Shown in pieces: positions 13,562 to 26,908 of a stretch of DNA of 64,000 nucleotides. Positions within the stretch are counted from its first letter, which is position 1; every line of letters begins with the position of its first letter. The DNA is taken from NCBI GenBank assembly GCA_951406725.2, contig OX597836.1:12462001-12526000 (forward strand), given 5' to 3'. The notes beneath the pieces are model-generated. The model was not told the origin of the DNA, did no database searches, and saw nothing but the letters and a program-made list of their open reading frames with translations. The DNA is from Octopus vulgaris (lineage: Eukaryota). The position numbers and the translations under genes are program-made.

Positions 13562-14187
13562 AGATATCTTACATTTTAGGTCATAATTCCAAGAAGTTCA
13601 AAGGTGGAATGGTCACAATGTACTTCCTCACATCGTTGTAGCTTTTGAATGTGGCCATCACCGCTGACTAGGCCGGCAAGCCAATGTTCCTCCTGGATTG
13701 AATGCCAGTTCATCACACAGTTGCCTATTTACAGCTGCCCTACTAAGCAAGGTTTACACCCCCATTTCCCTTGAGAAAAAAAACACTGGTCTTAATAGAC
13801 GACCATTTCCATGTGTTAGGTGCACGGCTCTCTTTGCCTCAGATAATAACCAATGAAAACCGGTGGGGATGCCATTAAACTCATTAGTTACTAATTAGCC
13901 ATCCACTGTAATTAAGATTGATTAGACAAGCTGGTCACCTTATTACTGCTGCTGCTGTAGCTGTGCTACATTCTTGGCATGCTAAATAGGGTTTCTGTGG
14001 AAAGGCTTATATCCCTGCATAAATATCTCTGTGTCTTGCTTGTTTTAGCATGAAGAATACAAGAATATATTTATAAGACATTTTGGCATTTTTCCATAGC
14101 TTCAGGTCACCCAAAGACTTGCAAATAAAAGTTTGGAGACATGAACTCTCATGAAGACAGCTGTATGTGTGTGTGTATGCATATATA

Positions 14188-14270
<83 letters not shown>

Positions 14271-14448
14271 TGTGTGTGTGTGTGTGTATATATATATATT
14301 GTGTGTGTGTGTGTGTATATATATATATTGTGTGTGTGTGTGTATGTATATATATATTGTGTGTGTGTGTGTGTGTATATATATTGTTCATGTGTGTATA
14401 TGTATAGGTGTACATATGTTTGTGTATGTGTGCATATAGGTGCATATA

Positions 14449-14509
<61 letters not shown>

Positions 14510-14555
14510 GTATAGGTATAAGTATATATCTACATAGGTAAATGTTTGTGTGTGT

Positions 14556-14604
<49 letters not shown>

Positions 14605-15747
14605 TATATCTTATACATGTATGTGTGCCCAAATCTTATTTAAGTATATATGTATGCATGTGTATATACATATATATATATATGCAGTGTATATTTATGT
14701 ATGTATGTATATATGGTTGTATATGTTATTGACGTCATAAGAAAATGGCAGAGTCAAGATAGCATGAAAATATTCGGTTTTGAAGTTGTTTTATCTCGAA
14801 ACAGATGAAGCTATAAATAATACAGCATATAAAATATTGATTTAAAAACACACACTTTGGATTGGAAAACGTCAAATGCTGCCATTGGACCAAGGGTACA
14901 AGGGTTCAAATCCCATGTGCAGCCTTTGGCTTTCTTTGTCCAAAGGGTTTTTTTTAAAGCTAATGTTTACAACCTGTTCTTTATAAGCTTTAGCTGTGAT
15001 TTTATTCTTTTTTTTTTTAGTTATTTCACTCATTAGACTATGGCCATGCTGGGGCACCGACTTGAAGAGGTTTTAGTTGAGTGAATCAACTTATTTTCTT
15101 TGTAAGCCTGGTCCTTATTCTATCGGTTTCTTTTGCTGAACTGCTAAGTTACAGCGACGTAAACACACCAACACTGGTTGTCAAGCGGTGGTGGGGGACA
15201 AACTCACATATAAGGTGTGGCTGTGTGGTAAGAAGCTTGCTTCCCAACCACATGGTTTTGGGTTCAGCCCTTCCTAACACCAACCAGTGGCTACCGGGTG
15301 CTTTTCTTTCTGGCTACCAAGACTAGTGAGGCTATTACACAGTTTGCAAGACTATGCAGTCTTTTTAGTAACAATATACTGAAGAAATTGGCAAGGTTTT
15401 TACAGCCGGATGTCCTTCCAAATGCCAACCACTTCACAGTATGGATGGATGCTTTTTTAAGTGACACCAGCACTGACATGGTCACCGAGTAATTTGCAAG
15501 ACAAAAGTCTTTTGAGAGGGGAAGAGGCATTGGAGGAGACACACACACACACATACATACAATGGGCTTCTTACAGTTTCCGTTTACAAAATCCACTCAA
15601 AGCTATGGTCAGCTTGAGGCTATAGTAGAAGACACCTGCCCAAGGTATCATAGAATGAGATTGAACCTGGACCCATGTGGCTGGAAAGCAGACTTCTTAC
15701 CACACAGCCATGCCTGTATGTTTGAGATGGCAGAATCGGTGTCTTAA

Positions 15748-16163
15748 GGCGGCGAGCTGGCAGACACGTTAGCACGCCAGGCGAGATGCTTAGCGGTATT
15801 TCGTCTGCCGTTATGTTCTGAGTTCAAATTCCGCCGAGGTCAACTTTGACTTTCATCCCTTTGGAGTCAATTAAGTAAGTACCAGTTATGCACTGGGGTT
15901 GATATGATTGACTTAATCCGTTTGTCTGTCCTTGTTTGTCCTCTCTGTGTGTAGCCCCTTGTGGTTAGTAAAGAAATAGGTATTTTGTCTGCCGTTATGT
16001 TCTGAGTTCAAATTCCACCGAGGTCAACTTTGCCTTTCATCCTTTCGGGGGTCGACAAATTAAGTACCAGTTATGCACTGGGGTCGATGTAATCGACTTA
16101 ATCCGTTTGTCTGTCCTTGTTTGTCCCCTCTGTGTTTAGCCCCTTGTGGGCAGTAAAGAAATA
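15748..16163 (+). mobile_element. SINE family B dimer within one TSD
   Basis: Head plus two body-tail units; flanks agaatcggtgtctt / agaatcagtgtctt. Confidence 0.88.
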
Positions 16164-16509
16164 AGAATCAGTGTCTTGAACAAATACATCTTGGTATTTA
16201 CTTCTGGAGCAATCACTTCCCTTCACGCCTGGTTGACTTAGCTTTTTTTTATCCTCGGAAAGATTCGTAACAAAGTATTATTATTTGATACAATCAACTA
16301 AGCAATTTCTTGAGACTGGTGCCCCAGCATGGCCACAGATGAATGACTGCAACTGATAAAAGGAAATTATTAAAATATTTTTACACAAAATCGTTAAACA
16401 GATTTCCCTTCAATTTTTTTTTTCTTTTTGCTGATTGCGTTAAATTACTTTAATTAAAAGAATGAAATATAATTATTAATTAATTAAAAATTTTTTTTTT
16501 TAATTTTAG

Positions 16510-16584
16510 GTATGATTATAAAAAACTCTTGCATAATGCAACATTCTGCCTGGTGCCAAGAGGAAGGAGACTGGGATCATTCCG
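16510..16584 (+). CDS. EXT1: Internal exon of exostosin-1 (heparan sulfate polymerase, GT47 domain; tout-velu orthologue)
   Basis: Acceptor ttttttaattttag|G, donor CG|gtaaga. Translation [24 protein letters not shown](R) matches the EXT1 motif as I recall it in human ([25 protein letters not shown]). Absent from the ORF track because it is short. Confidence 0.95.
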
Positions 16585-18213
16585 GTAAGATGATTTCACT
16601 TCTAAAGTTTTTTGGGGTTTTTTTTTGTTTTTGTTTTTGAAATTCATGAAAGAATGTTATTGAAGTTTTGAACAAAGTTATAAAATTCAAAAATTTTTAA
16701 ATTGGAAATGAATTTTTTTCCATGCTAGTATGAGTTGTGAAACTTAATTTTGAAAATATAACCATTTTATTTATTGTTTGAGTAATTATGGATACAGGAA
16801 AAAAGTATGACCATGTGATTACAGATCATTTTGCAAAATAAGATGTTCCAGTTTCAATCCCACCACACAGCACACATAACCTATATTGATACTTTTGTAC
16901 ATACACTCAAAAGAATCTACTTCCATATATATGTGTGTGTGTGTGTGTGTCAAAATAGAGGAGTGTGTAAAAATATTTGGTATAATTTATTCAACATTAC
17001 ACATGCTTCATTTGCCAATAGGAATTATAAGATTGTACATGTAGGAGAAATATGTAAGATATCACCTATTAGAAATTCTTCAGACAGAGAATCAAATAAT
17101 GTACAAATTTGTAACTCCTATTAGCAAATGGAACACATGTAATGGTGAATGAATATGGCAAAAGATTTACAGACCTGAAGTTGTAAATGATGCCAAACAG
17201 ACTTTGACAAATTGATTGGTTAAATGGTTATCCAATTGATTAATAATAATAAAAGAAGTGAAATACAACCTATGTATGTGTCCATTATTGGTATAATGAC
17301 CCTCCCCAACCTACAAGTTCACATCAAGAATCTTGTGAGCCAAATACAAAACTGAAATATATATACATACATACACATATCATTTACTGTGAGTCTTTGG
17401 TGGTGTTTTTTTTTTTTTGTAATTTCTCTTAAATTACCATCAGCTTCATTGTATTGTATTCCCCAACATATAATGACAATTGGATTAGGTAATTAAGCTT
17501 TGTTTCATCCTGGATGAACTAAAACATATTACTTGAACATGAAACTTGAGTTGCTGTCAGGAATTAAACCACTATACATAAAACACATACACATCACATG
17601 CATATATCCCCACCCCCATATGGATTGTATCTTGGGTAGATTTAATGTCCTGCCCAGTTTAATATGAAATTGGGTACCTTTATCCAAGTTCCTTCTGTTG
17701 AAAGGACCAGGGCAGGTTTCCAGTTGAAAGAACCAGGGTGGGTCTCCTGATCTTTGTTCAATTTCCTTCCACTTGTTTCAAGTTCTGCTGAAAGGTCAGG
17801 GGTACGAATCTTCCTCTTTGACTGTACCACAGAAAGGAAATGGTTTAAATTGTGTTGTGCTTTGAGGGAAAGACACTTGGGCGACGGTGGGCTGGGGAAC
17901 CAAATGTTTTTCTTGGTGTACACTGTCCATAAACCAGACAGAATGGTCTTGTTAGAAATTACTTTCAATCAGAACTGACCTGGAATAAACTAGGCTGCCG
18001 GTAACAACAATAACACAAGACAGCTGCTCTGTCTTTTGGTAGCCTTAGGCATGAAAATAAAGACAGTAAATCTTTTAAAAAATGAAATAAAATAACAGCC
18101 AGCTTTTGTCATCTTTGATAGCTTGATAGAATTTCTAGATTTTGATGTCACTTCAGTGATTTGTTTGTCCTTTCCTTTTCAGAAAATGCCTAATAGTTTT
18201 ATTTATCTCAGCA

Positions 18214-18247
<34 letters not shown>

Positions 18248-18276
<29 letters not shown>

Positions 18277-18657
18277 TGTATGTATGTATGTATGTATGTA
18301 TGTATGTATGTATGTATGTATGTATGTATGTATGTATGTATGTATGTATGTATGTATGTATGTATGTATGTATGTATGTATGTATGTATGTATGTATGTA
18401 TGTATGTATGTATGTATGTATGTATGTATGTATGTATGTATGTATGTATGTATGTATGTATGTATGTATGTATGTATGTATGTATGTATGTATGTATGTA
18501 TGTATGTATGTATGTATGTATGTATGTATGTATGTATGTATGTATGTATGTATGTATGTATGTATGTATGTATGTATGTATGTATGTATGTATGTATGTA
18601 TGTATGTATGTATGTATGTATGTATGTATGTATGCATGCATGCATGCATGCATGCAT
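18248..18657. repeat. Pure (TATG)n tetranucleotide array (~385 bp) ending in (CATG)n
   Basis: Direct reading. Confidence 0.98.
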
Positions 18658-18823
18658 GTATATGTATGTATATATATTTATGTATATGTATATATGTGTG
18701 TGTGTGTGTGTGTATATATGTGTTTATGTATGTACATGTGTGTATATATTTATATAGATAGATTGATAAATAGATGATAGATAGATAGATAGGTAGATAG
18801 ATGTATATATATATTTATATTAA

Positions 18824-18869
18824 TTGGATATCTCAGAAATATATATATATATATTTCTGAGATATCCAA
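18824..18869. repeat. Perfect 46-bp palindrome centred on (AT)n
   Basis: ttggatatctcagaaat-atatatatatat-atttctgagatatccaa. Confidence 0.93.
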
Positions 18870-19208
18870 GGAGTGGCTTGTCTCTGAGTCCATCATTTTC
18901 TGTACATTAGTTGTTGTTTTTGTTGTTGTTGTTGTTGTTTCTTCTATTCTTCTTGTTGTTGTTAGTTATCTGTCTGCTCCTCTTCTTCCCAGAAGAAACA
19001 TCTCTTCTGTTCTATCTTTAAAACCATTTCCCTTTGCCCAGTCAGTCTTTCGCTTCTAAAAACCTTCAGCGTCCTTATGTTCTTGATGTTGTTCTTCCAT
19101 TTGCTGGACATGATTTTGTCTAATGTCACCAACAACAGTCGTCAAGTTAGAAAAAATGACAACTCATACGTACACACACTACTTGCATATATATGTGTGT
19201 GTGTGTGT

Positions 19209-19369
19209 GGAGGCGCAATGGCCCAGTGGTTAGGACAGTCGATTCGCATTCATAGGATCGCAGTTTCGATTCCCAGACCAGGTATTGCAAGTGTTTATTG
19301 AGCGAAAATACCTAAAAAGCTCCACGAGGCTCCGGCAGAGGGTAGTGGCTATCCCTGCCATACTCTTTC
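19209..19369 (+). mobile_element. SINE family D (tRNA-derived head), 3' truncated
   Basis: ggaggcgcaatggcccagtggttagg A-box and gtttcgattccc B-box; homologous to the copies at 36511 and 51485. Confidence 0.8.
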
Positions 19370-19454
19370 GGTCTCATTTACAGCACAATGGCACGATACA
19401 TGTGTACGCCTCATAGCACCAAGTGTAAGAAAGTAAACTGCATGTAAAGTGTGT

Positions 19455-19803
19455 ATCTTTTATCTTTTACTGGTTTCAGTCGTTCGACTGCGGTCATGCT
19501 GGAGCACGCCTTGAAGGAGATAGTTAAACAAATTGACCCCAGTACTTATTCTATCGCCCTTTTTTGCCAACCTGCTAAGTTATGGGAGACATAAACAAAT
19601 AGCAGTTGTCAAGGGGCTGTGACAAACACAAGGGCACACACACACACACACGTGGGCTTCTCTTGGGTTTTGTGTATCAAGCCTTCTCGCAAGGCTTCGG
19701 TCAACCCAAGGCTATAGTAAAAGACACAGGGCCACACAGTGGAACTGAACCCAGAACTATGTGCTTGTGAAACAAGCTTCTTACCTCACAGCCGTACCTG
19801 CAC
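19455..19803 (-). mobile_element. SINE family A, old degenerate copy
   Basis: Recognisable tail, body and head in reverse orientation. Confidence 0.75.
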
Positions 19804-20738
19804 CTATATGTGTGTGTGTGACTTTGAATTTGTTGAGGTAGATTTTTTGTGGCTAGATGCCCTTCCTGTCACTAACTCTATACACATATACACACACACA
19901 CACATATATATATACACACACACACACATATATATATATACACACACACGCACACACACACTCACATATATATATATATATATACACACACATATGTACA
20001 CACACACACACAGTCACGCACATATGTGGTTGAAAAATATAACTTGATACTTTTATATCCTTATTTATTTTTCTCTGAGCTCAGCCATGTCATGCAGTTC
20101 TGGGGTAGGTTTAGGTGTCAAAGGGCACGGAGCTGTGACAAACCACCTTCCTCAGCACACACACACACACACATACACATGCCAACCACACAGACACACC
20201 CACCCACCAACCACTCTGCGCCTAAATTTACATTGGGGATCTGATATCGTTTATGTCGGGTGTTGATTTTCACTTTGGTTCCAACAGCCCCCAACTCCCG
20301 GGGACAGAAAATCTGCTCCCAGTACATTTCATTCAACCAACACCAAAACATACATACATACATACATACATACATACATACACACACGTGCATGCATACA
20401 TACATGCACATTCATTCATTCATTCATACATACATACACACATGTCTCAATTAAGATTAAATTTTTATAAAATTAGTATCTCGCTTGACTCAGAGATCCA
20501 AAAGAGTACTTAATTGCCTGAGATTAGTAATGTATGTGTGTGGGCTTAGTGTGGTCCTTATTAGTTGTGGTAGGATGCACTATGAGGGGGTTTTCAAAAC
20601 AAGGGTCAAATGAGGAGAAGCTGTAATGGAAACACATAGAAACTGACAGCAGTGGAATATAATACATCTGCCCTCTTTTTGCTTGAAACTCTTTTGGAAA
20701 TTGAATTAATTTTCCAAACCTTCTCCCCTATTTGAACT

Positions 20739-20972
20739 TAACCCTTTTGAAATCAGCCTTTCTGAGACTACCCTTGGCTCTATAATTCAAGCTTCCTGTT
20801 TTAAAGTGATTGAAATCTAAGCATTCCATTGAGATTTCATTTTAATTTCTATTCCAAATGCCAACTCATTAACGACATGGTTGTTTTACTGAATTCTTCG
20901 TTTGTGTTTTTTTTAAGCATTAATTGAAAACATGGCAGTGTATTTCAACAGATATATGGTAACTAAAGGATT
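20739..20972. mobile_element. MITE family M1 (TTAA/CCCT termini, piggyBac-like)
   Basis: Starts ttaacccttttg and ends ggtaactaaaggattag (decayed aagggttaa). Confidence 0.6.
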
Positions 20973-20989
20973 AGAGTGATCCAAATTAA

Positions 20990-21208
20990 CCCTTTAGTGT
21001 TCAGATTACTCTGTTAAATGCAATATTTTTTTACTCAAATTGTTTTTAATTAACCCTGCATTATCTTATAGCTTTTGAGGTTTCAATGATGTGATTGTTT
21101 ATTTTTAGAATGACATTGTAGGGTAGGTGTGAGAGGCCAGATATCGCCAGTTTGAATATAAAACATAGAATATTTGGGCCGGATATGGCTGGTTTAAACA
21201 CTAAAGGG
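20990..21208. mobile_element. MITE family M2, piggyBac-like with TTAA TSD
   Basis: TTAA-ccctttagtgtt ... aacactaaaggg-TTAA: perfect 12-bp TIR plus TTAA on both sides. Further copies at about 30040-31110. Confidence 0.85.
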
Positions 21209-21651
21209 TTAAAGCCTTCCATGCAAATTCCTTGTTAATTTATGTTCCAAACGCCAGCTTAATAATGACCAAAATTTAAATGATATCTTATATCTTTTAC
21301 TTCTTTCAGTCATTAGACTGCAACCATGCCGGGGGGGCACTGCCTTTAGTTGAACAAATTGACCCCAGTACTTAATTCTTTGTAAGCCTAGCACTTATTT
21401 TATTGGTCTCTTTTGCCGAACCGCTAAGTTACAGGGACACGAACACACCAACATCAGATATTGAAGCATGAATCAGTCTTTGGATCCATCAGATGTATCT
21501 ACCTGGTACTTACATTTTTTTATAAACCTGGTACTTATTCTATCGGTCTCTTTTGCTGAACTTCTAAGTTACAGGGGCGCAAACACTCCAGCATCAGTTG
21601 TCAAGTGGTAGTGGGACACACACACATACATAGATATACATATATATATAT

Positions 21652-21875
21652 AGGGAGAGTTTACAAAAAAAACAAAAGACGAAGACAGGTGGTGTACAAA
21701 ACAAACAGATGTATTAGTATAACGCTCAGGAATAGAAAAAGTCTCTTACGTTTCGAGCCTACGCTCTTCTACAGAAAGGGACACAGAAAAAAACAAGGAG
21801 AGAAAAAAAATGTGTGTAGTGGCTAACGATCTATCATGGCAACTGACTTCGGCCAGAAGGGTCACACACGAGCAC
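21652..21875 (-). mobile_element. Penelope-like short element in (TA)n carrying a minimal hammerhead motif
   Basis: Minus strand 21741-21780 reads cttt-CTGTAGA-A-gagc-gtag-gctc-GAAA-C-GTA-agag. Confidence 0.6.
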
Positions 21876-22476
21876 GTATATATATATAATAATAATAATG
21901 ATAATGATAATAGAAGGGTAAAATTTATTAATCAAATTAATTAATCAATTAATAAACAATTTTACCAAGTAGATCAGAATTTGAACTCAGAACGTGATGA
22001 CAGACGAAATACCACTAAGCATTTCGCCCGGGCATGCTAACGTTTCTGCCAGCTCGCTGCCTTGTTGGTTAAGTTAGTATTGGTCATACCAAACAACACA
22101 GACACTGATGTAGCCTTGAGAGAAAGACAACAACGATATGGGTGGTCATGGCTGGAGTGTTTTTGCTTTGTCAATCAGTGTTGGTTGGGTTTTTAGACTA
22201 AACAAGTCAGAGACAAAAAGAGAGAGAGAGAAGCTGGAAGGAATCTCGAGTGTCAGAGAGGAAAGCAATTCATGTACCATACATTATTTTTTCTAGATTC
22301 TTAGAGGAAGTTCAAAGAGGGGGGGTCCGGGGTGGGGGGTAGTGTGCTTCAACCTCCTACCGCCACTCTTATGTCTTTTTCTTTCTTTCTCTCTTTCTCT
22401 TCAGTCTAAGGAATTTCTAGAATGTATTTGTTGACACAAAAGTAGAACAGATCCATTTAACCTGACCCTATCTGTC

Positions 22477-22523
<47 letters not shown>

Positions 22524-23927
22524 TGTGTGTGTACATTGTGTGTGTGTGTGTGTGTGCCCATGTGTATATGTGTGTGTGCATGTTGTATGTATGTATGTGT
22601 ATGTTTGTGCGTAAGTATGATGTATGTGTATATGCAAGTTGTATATATGTGTGTGTGTATTGTATGTTGTATATGCCTCTGTGTGTGTGTGTATATGTAT
22701 GTTGTATACGTGTGTGTGTGTGTGCATGTGTACATATGTATGCCTTATGTATATATGTGTATATGTATGTTGTATGTATGTGTGTATGTTTGTGTATATG
22801 TGTATACATATGTTGTGTATGGATATGTATATGTGTGTATATTTGCATATGTTTATGTACATTGTATATATGCCTGCATTTCTGTGTGTGTCCGTGTGTC
22901 CCACTCTTAACTTCTCACTTCCCACCCATCCATCTTCAATTTTTCTTCTCATCCTCATCACCACAACTCTGCAAACTCTCTCTCTCTCTCTCACCCTCAC
23001 CCCCACAGTATTGGGATTTTCTTATCATTATTTTGCACCCTTAGCATCTTCCCTCCCTCCCACCTCCTCACTTCCCTTCCCTCCCTTCTCAACCATTCAG
23101 TTATCTGTGGGTCCCAACCACCACTGCCACCAAGCATAGTACCCTTATATATATTGCTAACACCCCGCCCCTGCTTCCTAGTCCCCACACCAGTAGCACT
23201 TCTCACAGAATAACAAAACTTCTTATTAGCCCCCCCTCCACACACCATCACCACCATCCCCTCCACCTTGTCTCTTTTTATCTACTTGCACTGATGAATT
23301 GGTCACATGTGTTGGTTATTAAAGAGTGGTGGTGGTGGTGGTGCTCCTGTTGGTGGCAGTGGTGGTCATGAAAGGAGAGGTGAGGAATGGTATAGATAAA
23401 CTCTTAAGTGTTAGCTAACGACTTAAGTAATGTAAACACCCCCACCCCACCCCCGCTGGACCAATACAGCCAAGAAGAGAGAGCTTCTTTGTAGTCACAT
23501 GACCTCTTTAGAAATAGGAGTTAAATCACCTTCAAATCTATTTGGGGTTTTTTGACAGGGGGATGAGGGCAGATTTTTTATGTCATTTTTAACCCCCTGT
23601 CCTTATAGATGTTTGCTCCTTATTAATTAATTAATTAACTCCAGCTTGACAAAGTTTTGCACACATCAGCAAATTTATTCTTTGCTGTTTTTAAGTATAA
23701 TGACAGCAGTTCTTAGTGCACTATGAACAACAGATTCAGCACGCATGGCTGATGAAGTGTAATAATGCAGAAACATGTCCTTAGTTATCTGATGACATTG
23801 TTCATAGTTCCATGGTGTTTGTTTTCGTACATTTTGTCTAATAGAATTTCTCTCCAGGAACAGTTTCTGGCATGAAGGTCTTTCCATGCCCTCCACTTCC
23901 AATCTTCCGTATAAACATGTTTTTCAT

Positions 23928-24275
23928 TCTTTTATTTGTTCCGGTCATTTGACTGTGGCCATGCTGGAGCACCGCCTTTAGTTGAACAAATTGACCCTAG
24001 TACTTATTCTTTGTAAGCCTAGTACTTATTTTATTGGTCCCTTTTGCCGAACCACTAAGTTACAGGGACACGAACACACGAACATCGGCTGTCGAGCGAT
24101 GATGGCTGGGGAGGGAACACAGACACACACACACGCATATATGTACAGCAGGCTTCTTTCAGTTTCCGTCTACCAAATCCACTCACAAGGCTTTGGTTGA
24201 CCCGAGGCTAAGTTACAGGGACACAAACACACCAACATCGGCTGTCGAGCGGTGATTGCTGGGGAGGGAACACAG

Positions 24276-24310
<35 letters not shown>

Positions 24311-24560
24311 CAGCAGGCTTCTTTCAGTTTCCGTCTACCAAATCCACTCACAAGGCTTAGGTCGACCCGAGGCTAAGTTACAGGGACATGAACACACCAA
24401 CATCGGCTGTCGAGCGATGATGGGTGGGGAGGACCACAGACACACACACACACGCATATATATACAGCAGGCTTCTTTCAGTTTCTGTCTACTGAATCCA
24501 CTCACAAGGCTTTGGTTGGCCCGAGGCTGTAGTTGAAGACACTTGCCCAAGGTGCCACGC
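23928..24560 (-). mobile_element. SINE family A with an internal ~155-165-bp segment triplicated
   Basis: Three tandem ctaagttacagggacac...gacccgagg units. Confidence 0.88.
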
Positions 24561-25033
24561 AAACCATTCTTCCCATATCAGCATGGAACATGGACGTTAA
24601 ATAATGATGAGAAGGAGGATTATTAAAAAGCCAAAATGGAGCCACATGATCCCTGTACTGACTCTGCGGTCCTTAATCATCATAGGTTTTTAGGGATCAC
24701 TGCTGATACACTGACTAACCACCGACAATAATTGTAATAAGTACAGAGATAATAAAATGCAGCTAAGAATTAAGGGTTCTCTGTTGTTTACCTGAACACT
24801 GATTATACCTGAATATTCTCTCAGGTTCCAGTGGATGATGGAAGCGTTCCATTACGATGGTGATGACGACAACAATTGCAGACTCTGGGAATTGTATCAG
24901 ATTTATTCATGTGGGCATCGGGATTTGATATTTTTTTCTTTCTTTCTTTCTTTCTTTTTTAGGTTATTGTGTGTGTATCTGGTATGTGTGTGATTTTGCA
25001 TTTATGTATGTTTCTATGAGTGTGTAGGCATAC

Positions 25034-25084
<51 letters not shown>

Positions 25085-25204
25085 CCTGTTCAGAGATATG
25101 CATGTATGTGCAGATATGTCTTTGTGTCTGTATAGATGTGTGTGTAAAAGTATATGTAAGTATATGCACAAGAATATATATATATACATCTGTATGTGTC
25201 TATG

Positions 25205-25243
<39 letters not shown>

Positions 25244-25262
25244 ATGTATATATGTATATATG

Positions 25263-25294
<32 letters not shown>

Positions 25295-25336
25295 TATATG
25301 TATATATATATATATGTATATATGTATGTATATATG

Positions 25337-25367
<31 letters not shown>

Positions 25368-25392
25368 GTATGTATATGCATCTGTATGTGTG

Positions 25393-25430
<38 letters not shown>

Positions 25431-26166
25431 AACACGCACACACACATTCGTAGAAAGGGAGAGAATGGAAAGGGCTTCTCTGATCTCACACATAACACTT
25501 AAGTTACTCTGATTAAAAAAAAATTTTTTCCCCATTTTTTTTTTGAATTTTATTTTGAGTTTTCTTTCTGTTGGTTTTATTCACTATTTTTTTTTTTATG
25601 TGTAATACATTTAACGAAAACAAAAAAAACAACAAAGCAAAAATATATATTCTTTATACATATTGGAGATCCATCGACCTTCCCATAAGAAGGGGAGAGA
25701 GTGGGGTGGAGGGGGCAGACAAAGAGAGAAACCTCAAGCATGAACACAAGGCCATGTTGTGTGTGTGTGTGTGTGTGTGTGTGAGATGTAGCCCAGAATA
25801 TTGTTTTGGTGGAAGAGCTAAGCGCCTTTCAACCCTCACCTGTTAATAGATTCGGTATTTGATACTGTTCCACTGACATCAAACACAAAAGCCCTGTTCC
25901 TCTCTCTCTCTCTTCCTCTCTCTCTTTCTCTCCCTTGCTCTCCTCTAGTTGTTTCCCCATCTTTGCTGTTTCAGTGAGAACATCAAGGAACACACTTTTA
26001 TTCTGTGTGTGTGTGTGTGTGTGCGTGTGTATGTGTACATAAACATGTAGCCGTATATGTTTATACACACAATGATATCTGATTCTTATACATGTGTGAG
26101 TAAATCCATAAATATATAGAAATATATAAACACACACTCACATGTACATGTGTGTATGTATAAATA

Positions 26167-26197
<31 letters not shown>

Positions 26198-26795
26198 ACA
26201 CGTATAAATTGCATTTATAAGTAAACATGTAAATGTTTGCACACACACACACATATATTGTTTGTATATATCTATACACACATGCATATGTATGTGTTTA
26301 TATACACTTTGTATACAGTATATACACATATATATAATAGATAAATAGATACACACACACATGCATATGTATGTGTGTGTGTGTATTTATCTATCATATA
26401 TATGTATATATACTGTATACAAAGTGTATATAAACACATACATATATGCATGTGTATGTATGTATGTATGTATGTATGTATAGAGATCTCTACAATATGT
26501 GTGGGTGTATGTCTGATATATATATATATATATATGATGATATATATATACATATATACATACATATATGTATGTATCATATATATATATATTCACACAC
26601 ACACACTCCCATACATAGATATACATATTCATACATAGATATATACATATATACGTACGTATATGTATGGATATATATATGTGTGTATAAATATATATAT
26701 ATATGCACACACACACACACACACACACACACTCCCATACATAGATATACATATATACGTACATATATGTATGGATCATATATATGCGTATATAA

Positions 26796-26835
<40 letters not shown>

Positions 26836-26868
26836 TCTTATACATAGATATACATATTCATATATACG

Positions 26869-26908
<40 letters not shown>

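Noticed and set aside
22297-22315. Possible next EXT1 (micro)exon: ttttttctag|A TTC TTA GAG GAA GTT CAA (FLEEVQ)
   Set aside because: The phase and acceptor fit, but it departs from the conserved FLEALQ and has no good donor. Probably chance; RNA-seq would settle it.
24825-24930. Acceptor-like tctctcag followed by an open stretch
   Set aside because: The translation resembles neither EXT1 nor any protein I recognise, and there is no convincing donor.
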